Source: Candidatus Micrarchaeia archaeon (GTDB lineage: Archaea; Micrarchaeota; Micrarchaeia; Micrarchaeales; CABMGC01). Taken from it: a stretch of 24,141 nucleotides of DNA. This document shows, in pieces, positions 8,505 through 15,200 of this stretch. The position numbers and the translations under genes are program-made. Location of the stretch: assembly GCA_049976845.1 (NCBI GenBank), contig JBMFHL010000011.1, positions 1 through 24,141 of the forward strand, read 5' to 3'. Below the pieces are notes generated by a model that saw only the letters and a list, made by a program, of their open reading frames with translations, was not told the origin of the DNA and did no database searches. Each line of letters starts with the position of its first letter. Position 1 is the first letter of the stretch.

Positions 8505-10268
8505 CTACTTTTCTTCAAGTTTCTCTTTTTTCTGCAACTTGAACATTTCTATTATTTCCTTAGTTGTGGTAGCTTCTTCTGCGCTCTTATCGCTCCTTAC
8601 GCCATCAACCATACGTGGAAATCTGAGCGCATAGCCCTGCTCCGCTTCAGTCCTTCCGCATGTATGCGTTGGAGACCTTGTTATCTCATCGGCTTTTACC
8701 GTAACTATATATTTCGGCTCGACCCAGAAATCTGGCGCAACATCAGCTATTACCCTTGCCGGCTTTGACTTTACTTTTATCTTGTCAAGCATGCTCCTGA
8801 ATTCTTTCATCTGCTCCTCGGTGAAGCCGGTGCCTATCTTTGTTATTGTTTCGAACAGGTCTTTTTCCTCATTGTAAACTCCGCAGAGCAGCCCACCAAA
8901 CTTAAATTCTGCCCTTGTTCCTTTGCCAAGGAAATAGCCCAGTATGACTAAGTCCACTGTATCTGAAAGCTCGCCCTTGTAGCTCCTCTTCATCTTTATC
9001 CAGCTGAACTTCCTTGCCCCTGCTATATACTTAGATTCTAGGTCTTTTGCTACTATGCCCTCAAGGCCCTTTTCGATTGCTTCCTGAAAATATTTCTCGA
9101 TTTCCTTAGGGCTAGATGCTATTATTCTATTTGACAGCATTATTGTGCCGTTCCCTTTTACTATTGACTCGAGCTTGCTCCTGCGCTCCTTATAGGGCTT
9201 GTTTAGATAGTCTTCGCCATTGAGATACATCAAATCGAAAGCAAAAAGGTGCAAAGGTAGTTCTATGCTCTTTTCCATTATACCGTGCTTCCTCTTCCTC
9301 TGTATAGTCTCTTGGAAAGGAGAAAACTCCTCTGTAACCTCGTTGTATGATATCGCTTCCCCTTCTATTATTGCAGTTTCCGCTTGTATCTCTTCTATTG
9401 CTGCCTTTGCTATTTCTGGAAACATCGGCGTAAGTTTCTCTAGCCTTCTTGAGAAAATTTCTACCTTTTTCGATTTTTTATCCACGTGCACCTGCGCCCT
9501 TAAACCGTCATACTTGCTCTCCACTGCGCACTTGCCGTGCATCTTCTCCAGTATTTCTTCGGCTGTTGGTAATCGCTCTGCCAATGCCGGCCTTATAGGG
9601 CTGAAAAGCTCGACCTTGAAATTCTCTATGCCTTTTACGCCTTCATTCGCCAGTATATCCGCAACCTTTCCCAAGTCGCTGCAGATATTGTAGGCATTTT
9701 CCAGATAATCCTTTATCTTCCTTTCGCCTGTTGCCATTTTTGAGAGCGCTTCTAGTATTGTAGCGTCGCCAACGCCAAGCCTTAACGTGCCTAGCGAGAA
9801 TCGCACTATATACCTTGCCTCTATAGGGCTTGAGGCGGAAAGGAGCTCTGAAAGCATTTTTATCTTTGTTTCCTGGCTACCTGAACCGCCAGTATCTGCT
9901 ATCTTCCTCATTGTGTCAAAGACTTCGGATACTTCAAACTTCCTAGAGCTCATGCGCCGCAGCTTGCTCTTTGAGACCATAATACCGGCAGTTTCTCCCA
10001 GATCCCCGCTTTTTTTGAACTCTGCATCTACCTGCGCCCGAGTATAGCCAGTTGCAGATGCTATTGCCTCCTCTGTGAGCTTCTCTGCAAGTCCTATCTC
10101 TATGCCTTCGAATGGCGGACCCAGTATGCCTTGGGTCATGTAGACAAGCTTTTTGATCTCGTTCTTGCTTGCCAGGCTGAGCAGCTCCGAGAGTATGTCT
10201 ATCATTTCAAGCCTTGAAGACACTTTCTCAAGCTTTTCATAGTACTTTGAAACCTCATCAAAAAGCAT
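8505..10268 (-). CDS. lig: ATP-dependent DNA ligase
   Basis: 587 aa with adenylation motif KYDGLRAQVH, EGE, FDLMY, EGIVAK, WIKMK and ALRFPR. Confidence 0.97.
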   Translation of the reverse strand: MLFDEVSKYYEKLEKVSSRLEMIDILSELLSLASKNEIKKLVYMTQGILGPPFEGIEIGLAEKLTEEAIASATGYTRAQVDAEFKKSGDLGETAGIMVSKSKLRRMSSRKFEVSEVFDTMRKIADTGGSGSQETKIKMLSELLSASSPIEARYIVRFSLGTLRLGVGDATILEALSKMATGERKIKDYLENAYNICSDLGKVADILANEGVKGIENFKVELFSPIRPALAERLPTAEEILEKMHGKCAVESKYDGLRAQVHVDKKSKKVEIFSRRLEKLTPMFPEIAKAAIEEIQAETAIIEGEAISYNEVTEEFSPFQETIQRKRKHGIMEKSIELPLHLFAFDLMYLNGEDYLNKPYKERRSKLESIVKGNGTIMLSNRIIASSPKEIEKYFQEAIEKGLEGIVAKDLESKYIAGARKFSWIKMKRSYKGELSDTVDLVILGYFLGKGTRAEFKFGGLLCGVYNEEKDLFETITKIGTGFTEEQMKEFRSMLDKIKVKSKPARVIADVAPDFWVEPKYIVTVKADEITRSPTHTCGRTEAEQGYALRFPRMVDGVRSDKSAEEATTTKEIIEMFKLQKKEKLEEK

Positions 10269-10402
10269 AGAAACACGCTACTAATTCGATAAGAGATTAT
10301 ATATTTATATTATTTTCTAAAAATAGGCAGTTCTTAAAATCTTGCCTAAACCGCAATAGGCATTTTTATATGTTGAGCCATGCATTAAGTTTGGGTGAGA
10401 AA

Positions 10403-10576
10403 ATGAAGAGTTTCGCATGCAAAGACATAGGAATGAATTGCGGATTTGTTGCAAAGGACAAGAATGAGGACAAGCTAATGAAGAAGATTGCAGAGCATGC
10501 AAGGACTGCGCACAATATGACAAGCATAGACGACGCAACAATGGCGAAGATAAAGGCCGCAATAAAGGAAGTTTGA
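10403..10576 (+). CDS. DUF1059-family small metal-binding protein
   Basis: MKSFACKDIGMNCGF...EHARTAH gives two Cys plus two His. GGTGA RBS precedes ATG 10403 and a T-rich terminator-like tract follows. Confidence 0.88.
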   Translation: MKSFACKDIGMNCGFVAKDKNEDKLMKKIAEHARTAHNMTSIDDATMAKIKAAIKEV

Positions 10577-10664
10577 ATTTTTGCTTCACTTCCCTTTGCT
10601 TTCTTTCTTTTTTATTTTTTTGTTTTTTAGACTGTTTTTTTAACTCTTATGTAGCAATAGTATC

Positions 10665-11276
10665 ATGCTAGAGGTAGAAGGAGTAAAAATAGAGAACAGC
10701 GCTTTAGTTTACGAACCCGCAGAGGACACGCTCTTGGCTATGAATGCCATAAAAAAAGCTGCTGAAGGGCTCAAAGCGCCTGCAAGCATTATTGACATTG
10801 GCACAGGCACAGGCATACTGGGCATTTACGCGGCAAGCATAACGCATGCAAAAAGGCTTGTATTGTGCGATATAAACAAGCATGCCATAGAGCTTGCACA
10901 AAGGAATTATGAGCTCAACGGTTTAAACTGCAAGGATGTGGAAATAAAAGAGAGCGACCTTTTTGAAAATATCGATGGTGTTTTCGATCTGCTGATCTTC
11001 AATGCCCCTTATCTTAGGAGCACCTATTCCAGTCCCAGCATGCTAAACAAGGCCTGGGAAGGCGGCAGAAGAGGCATAGAGATTTCTATTAAATTCCTAA
11101 ATCAGGCAGCTGCGCATTCAGACGCCAATTCCAGAATTATACTTATAGCGAGCTCGCTGAGCGACTTTGATGGATTGAAAAAGAGTATTGAAGAGCTTGG
11201 CTACGAGGTAAAAGACTTGGCAAAGGAGCATTATTTCTTCGAGGATATAATCGCACTTACGCTGGCAAAAGCTTAA
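10665..11276 (+). CDS. HemK2/Mtq2/aPrmC-like SAM-dependent protein (Gln-N5) methyltransferase
   Basis: Motifs VYEPAEDT, DIGTGTG, SDLF, FNAPY (normally NPPY), WEGG..G and FFE. Confidence 0.85.
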   Translation: MLEVEGVKIENSALVYEPAEDTLLAMNAIKKAAEGLKAPASIIDIGTGTGILGIYAASITHAKRLVLCDINKHAIELAQRNYELNGLNCKDVEIKESDLFENIDGVFDLLIFNAPYLRSTYSSPSMLNKAWEGGRRGIEISIKFLNQAAAHSDANSRIILIASSLSDFDGLKKSIEELGYEVKDLAKEHYFFEDIIALTLAKA

Positions 11277-11306
11277 GATTAATAATATTATTAATGCATT
11301 TTTATC

Positions 11307-11972
11307 ATGCAGCAGGACCAATTCTACAATGAAAGGCAGGCACTTGTTGACTATTTAATTTCGCGCGGCTCTCTTAGGACAAAGGAGGTTATAGAAGCTT
11401 TTATGAATGTGCCAAGGCATCTGTTTGTAGGCAAAGAGGAGGTAGATAATGCGTATAAGGATATGCCATTGCCAATACTCAAGGGTATCACCATATCTCA
11501 ACCTTCGGTAGTGGCTACAATGATTGAAGCTCTTGGCATAGAGAAAGGGGACAAAATACTTGATGTAGGCACTGGTAGCGGATGGGCTGCCGCATTGCTT
11601 GGATATTGCACTGGCAAGGATGGGATAGTAGTCTCTATTGAAGAAGATATGTATGTGGCAGAATTCGCGCGCTCCAACCTGAAAAGCCTTGATATAGAGA
11701 ATGTTGAAGTTATTATAGGGGATGGCACTGCAGGTTACGGAGATAAAGCACCTTATAATGAGATAATTTACGACGTGGCTATGCCAAAAATTCCAATCTC
11801 TGTCCTAAAGCAGCTGAGCATAGGCGGAGTCCTTATAGCGCCTGTCGGAGAAGAGGGCATGCAGGAGCTAGTTAGGATAGAGAGGAAAAAAGAGGACAGA
11901 TTCAATGAGGAAAAACTTGGTAGTGTGGTTTTCACCTGTGCATTCGGCAAATTCGGATTTGCACCGAGATAA
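11307..11972 (+). CDS. pcm: Protein-L-isoaspartate O-methyltransferase-like
   Basis: Motifs VPRHLFV, AY.D.PL, TISQP, DVGTGSG, GDGT.GY...APY and QLSIGGVLIAPVG. Confidence 0.88.
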   Translation: MQQDQFYNERQALVDYLISRGSLRTKEVIEAFMNVPRHLFVGKEEVDNAYKDMPLPILKGITISQPSVVATMIEALGIEKGDKILDVGTGSGWAAALLGYCTGKDGIVVSIEEDMYVAEFARSNLKSLDIENVEVIIGDGTAGYGDKAPYNEIIYDVAMPKIPISVLKQLSIGGVLIAPVGEEGMQELVRIERKKEDRFNEEKLGSVVFTCAFGKFGFAPR

Positions 11973-11973
11973 T

Positions 11974-12870
11974 TTACTTCCTGCTCACTTTTTTCTCTAT
12001 TTCCAAAAGCAAGTCTATTATAAAACCTGCGATTATTAGCAATATGCCTGTGATGAAAAGCATAAACGCTATTAGGGACCTTCCTATCAAGGTGAATGAC
12101 CCTGACATTATATAATTTATTAAAACATATATCCCAAGCGCAAGGCCGGCAATTATGAATATTAACCCTAAACCTCCAAATATTAGCAGCGGGCTGTAGT
12201 CCCTGGCAAGCCTTATCATATGAGATACCACGTTGACACCGTAGAAAAACTTTGATTTTGTGAGCTTTGACTCACCATACTTCCTCGGATAATAATTTAT
12301 TGGCACCTCCATTATTTTATAGCCTTTCTTAGCCAGCTCTATTGCGAATATGCCTGCATGGCCTGCCCTATACGGCTCGACATCCTTCACACTTTCGTAT
12401 GCAGACCTCCTCATCACAAAAAGCCCTACAAGGAAGTCGTGAATGTTTGTGTTGTAGAGCTTGTTGAATACATTCGATATTACAGAATTTCCAAATTTTA
12501 TATAGCTGCTCATCGCATCTTTCTTTATGTGAGACAGCCTGTTACCGAGAACTAGATCGGCCTTTCCGCTCTCTATGAGTTTTATCCCTTTGAATATGCC
12601 TTCTATGTCGTGTGTACCATCTGCATCTATGCTCGCAAGTATGTCTCCGTGTGCATGCTGCAAGCCAAGCAGCACTGCTTTTTCTACACCCCTGTCGTGC
12701 TGTCTTATTACTGTTGCACCGGTAGACCTTAGCCTTTCCTCGTATTCCTTGCTGCTCTTGTCCACTATAATAATTTCCGGATCCTTTATCCTCCTCCTTA
12801 TGCTGTCTATTAAGCCAAAAACAGCTTCTTCTTCTATTGTTGGTATTACAATGCTGACTTTAGGTTCCAT
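11974..12870 (-). CDS. GT2 glycosyltransferase, polyprenol/dolichol-phosphate glycosyltransferase-like, with two C-terminal TM helices
   Basis: Motifs VSIVIPT, IIIVD, DADGTHD, DLVLGNR and EVPINYYPRKYGESKL, then two hydrophobic helices. Confidence 0.9.
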   Translation of the reverse strand: MEPKVSIVIPTIEEEAVFGLIDSIRRRIKDPEIIIVDKSSKEYEERLRSTGATVIRQHDRGVEKAVLLGLQHAHGDILASIDADGTHDIEGIFKGIKLIESGKADLVLGNRLSHIKKDAMSSYIKFGNSVISNVFNKLYNTNIHDFLVGLFVMRRSAYESVKDVEPYRAGHAGIFAIELAKKGYKIMEVPINYYPRKYGESKLTKSKFFYGVNVVSHMIRLARDYSPLLIFGGLGLIFIIAGLALGIYVLINYIMSGSFTLIGRSLIAFMLFITGILLIIAGFIIDLLLEIEKKVSRK

Positions 12871-12919
12871 TTAATCCTCACTTTAATCGAGTATTCCGCT
12901 ATGACATAAGGGTTTTGCC

Positions 12920-13140
12920 CTTATAAACTTATCGCGTGCGGACCTTCTCCGCCAACGAGGTCGGCGGTATCCCCGCACTTGGTAAGCCTTTTTGCGAGTT
13001 GCTGTGCATCTCCACAAACTTCCTACATACTTCTTCGTTCAGGAGATCTGGGTTAACTTGCAGCCCTGTCTGTCGCAGATTGCTTGCGAATGCAAGCAGC
13101 CCCGTCACTAGGGCATTCAGCGAGAGGTAGCGCTCCATTA
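12920..13140 (-). ncRNA. Putative omega/reRNA (TnpB guide RNA scaffold) with IS200/IS605-type right end; boundaries approximate
   Basis: Directly follows the tnpB C-terminal motif. Stems: GCCCT/GGGGC, TGCTTGC/GCAAGCA (13081-13098), nested TGCAAGTT/AACTCGCA and ATCTCC/GGAGAT, and a terminal hairpin CCGCCGAC-CTC-GTTGGCGG (12949-12967) followed by AGAAGGTCCGCAC. Confidence 0.6.
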
Positions 13141-13212
13141 TGTTAATAGCCGAATTAAGGTCTCTTTCTATGCGGTTGCCACACTCGCACTCTTTTATTT
13201 TTAATTTGCGTA
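12929..13212 (-). pseudogene. tnpB: IS200/IS605-family tnpB 3' remnant (Zn-finger end and RuvC-III, open through the right end)
   Basis: Extending the 12929-13138 frame upstream gives IRKLKIKECECGNRIERDLNSAINIMER, which matches the TnpB CxCG...(D)RDxNxAxNI signature. An in-frame stop lies just upstream and the rest of the gene is absent. Confidence 0.8.
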
Positions 13213-13232
13213 TTTATGTTTTAGGTGATTTG

Positions 13233-13757
13233 ATGAAAATTGCAATAGGAACTACAAATAAGCTCAAGGTAGATGCAATCACATCTGCATTGAGACCGAT
13301 TTTTAGGGATGCGGAATTTGTGTCTGCAAGTGTGGAATCCGGAGTTAGCGATGATCCAAAAGGTGATGAAGAAGGCATAAGAGGCGCATTAAACAGGGCA
13401 AGAAATGCGATGGATAAGGAGCATGCGGATATGGGTGTTGGCCCAGAGGGGATTACTTCAAAGAACAGCTACGGCACTTTTGTATACGGCTATGTAGTTA
13501 TAGTAGATAAAGAGGACAGGATAGGCATTGGCGCAAGCGCAAAGGTCATGCTGCCTGACAAATTGGCAAAGATGATAGATTCCGGAGATGGGCTTGCAGA
13601 TGCTATTGCAGAGCTCTCAGCAAAAACAAAAGAACAAGTTAGGACAGAGCTTGGCACCAATGGCATATTGACAAATGGCATGTACGATAGGAATAAGGAA
13701 TTTGCAGATGCGGCTTTGTGTGCAGCGGCCAGATTCATAAACAAGCTATATGAATAA
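13233..13757 (+). CDS. yjjX: Non-canonical purine NTP phosphatase (ITPase/XTPase, YjjX/DUF84)
   Basis: Motifs IAIGTTNKLKV, VESGVSDDP, GALNRARNA, GVGPEG and G..GILT.G..DR. AGGTGA RBS places the start at 13233 rather than 13140. Confidence 0.9.
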   Translation: MKIAIGTTNKLKVDAITSALRPIFRDAEFVSASVESGVSDDPKGDEEGIRGALNRARNAMDKEHADMGVGPEGITSKNSYGTFVYGYVVIVDKEDRIGIGASAKVMLPDKLAKMIDSGDGLADAIAELSAKTKEQVRTELGTNGILTNGMYDRNKEFADAALCAAARFINKLYE

Positions 13758-13852
13758 ATGCGACTGCTGAAAAGCGGTTTCTACAACGCCTGCGCTTGAT
13801 GTGCTAGGCAAATGGTGTCTTCCCTCCAATTAATTGACACTGTTTTAGCTGC

Positions 13853-13993
13853 TCACTTGCCCCCAATTTTAAACATCTTGGTTCCACATACAGGGCATGT
13901 GCCAGTATATGCAGTCTTGCCGTTCTTCATTGTTACCTCTTTTACATCCTTCATCTCGCGTTTCTGCTTGCATTTCATACAATATGCTTCCAT
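13853..13993 (-). CDS. 46-aa Zn-ribbon protein, DUF5679-like (missing from the ORF track)
   Basis: MEAYCMKCKQKREMKDVKEVTMKNGKTAYTGTCPVCGTKMFKIGGK has two CxxC motifs. GGTGA RBS lies 4 nt before the ATG. Confidence 0.88.
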   Translation of the reverse strand: MEAYCMKCKQKREMKDVKEVTMKNGKTAYTGTCPVCGTKMFKIGGK

Positions 13994-14288
13994 GTTATCA
14001 CCAAATCTTACAATCTATAATTGCATAGTAGGTTTTTTAAACACATGCAAAGTATATTGGAGCGTGCGCAGGTTTTAAATAAACTTGCTAGAAGAGGAGC
14101 TAAAGAAAAACGCCACTTTTTGTTTTCTCTATAAAGGCTAAAAGTCCGCTTCTTTAGTTCGATTAGATTTCTGTAATTCACTACTTAAAGCTTAGGGATA
14201 TTTTTGCATTTTTTATGCTGATTTTATGAGCAATTTCTTTTAAAAAAAGGTATAAATATGGTAAAGGTTATTTTTATAAGGTGTTGGC

Positions 14289-14975
14289 ATGGCGAACAGA
14301 ATAATGTCGCATGGGAATAACGATAGTGGCTATATTTTACAAAGAGAGCTGGAAAAAGAGCTGTATGGGATAATTCCTAACAAAATGGCAAACCGTGCAG
14401 AAGTGGCAAGATTGATTATAAGTTATATTAACACCATTGAAAGCGATGGAGGGTATAAAAAGCTAAAAGAGATAATAGATTTATCGAGGTCATTAGAACG
14501 TCCTATTTTCTATTTCAGTGCTATTTTTAAAACAAAAGATGTTGAGAGATTAGTAAGTAAAGAGGTTATAGAGCTTGCAAAACTATTAGGTAGTTATTCC
14601 GCCTATATCTATTTCGATGCTATTGCAACAACAAAGGATAGCAAAGGATTAACAAGCAACGATGTCATAGAGCTTGCAAAGCTATTAGGAGATATTTATT
14701 CCGATCCGTACTTCCTTGCTATTGAAATGACAGGCAAGGTTGAATTACTAAAAGATAAAAGGATATTCAGAAATGTAGAACGCATAAAGTTATTGACTAG
14801 GGATGCTGCCTATGCCTACTTTAGAGCTGTTGCAGATACAAACGGCACATTACTAAATGATGAAGGGATATTAGGAAACATAGAATCTATAAAAATTATG
14901 AATTTATTAGTTGATGCCGAATCTGTTTATGGATATTTAATGACTATTGCAAATAAAAATATACTGAGAAAGTAA
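14289..14975 (+). CDS. Hypothetical protein with ~33-aa helical repeats
   Basis: 228-aa AT-rich ORF with repeated YFxAI...VIELAKLLG units. The DNA repeat ATAGAGCTTGCAAA occurs at 14568 and 14667, 99 nt apart. Confidence 0.75.
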   Translation: MANRIMSHGNNDSGYILQRELEKELYGIIPNKMANRAEVARLIISYINTIESDGGYKKLKEIIDLSRSLERPIFYFSAIFKTKDVERLVSKEVIELAKLLGSYSAYIYFDAIATTKDSKGLTSNDVIELAKLLGDIYSDPYFLAIEMTGKVELLKDKRIFRNVERIKLLTRDAAYAYFRAVADTNGTLLNDEGILGNIESIKIMNLLVDAESVYGYLMTIANKNILRK

Positions 14976-15040
14976 TAGGGGATTCTGACAAATTGAAAAT
15001 CTTTTCTTCATTATTAAATATAATCTTTCTTTAAAAGTTC

Positions 15041-15148
15041 AGCCCCAGGAGGGAATTGAACCCTCGGCCTCCTGTTTTCCTGCGCTTCTTGCCCAAGCTT
15101 CTTTGAGAAGCTTACGAGACAGGCGCTCTACCACTGAGCTACTGGGGC
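15041..15148 (-). tRNA. tRNA-Thr(CGT) with a 36-nt intron at 37/38 (intron 15077-15112)
   Basis: Acceptor GCCCCAG/CTGGGGC, discriminator T, D arm GCTC-AGTGGTA-GAGC, anticodon stem CCTGT/ACAGG, loop CT-CGT-A^A, T arm GAGGG-TTCAATT-CCCTC. Mature length is 72 nt. Confidence 0.95.
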
Positions 15149-15200
15149 GGTGAGATAAATATAAATATGTATGATAATAATTTAAAAATACGTTGATTGA

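Noticed and set aside
12929..13138. 69-aa ORF as an independent protein, and the opposite 64-aa ORF at 12936-13130
   Set aside because: The first is the tail of the tnpB remnant frame running through the RNA scaffold. The second is its antisense shadow.
12929..13200. RNase P RNA or SRP RNA as the explanation for the structured GC-richer gap
   Set aside because: No GAGGAAAGUCC-type P4 signature or SRP helix-8 motif was seen, and the in-frame TnpB C-terminal motif explains the region better.
13812..14078. 88-aa + strand ORF
   Set aside because: It is the antisense shadow of the 46-aa Zn-ribbon gene, which has the RBS and motifs.
13760..15041. Integrated element at tRNA-Thr with att duplication
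   Set aside because: No repeat of the tRNA 3' end and no integrase were found in the window; only composition hints at foreign origin.
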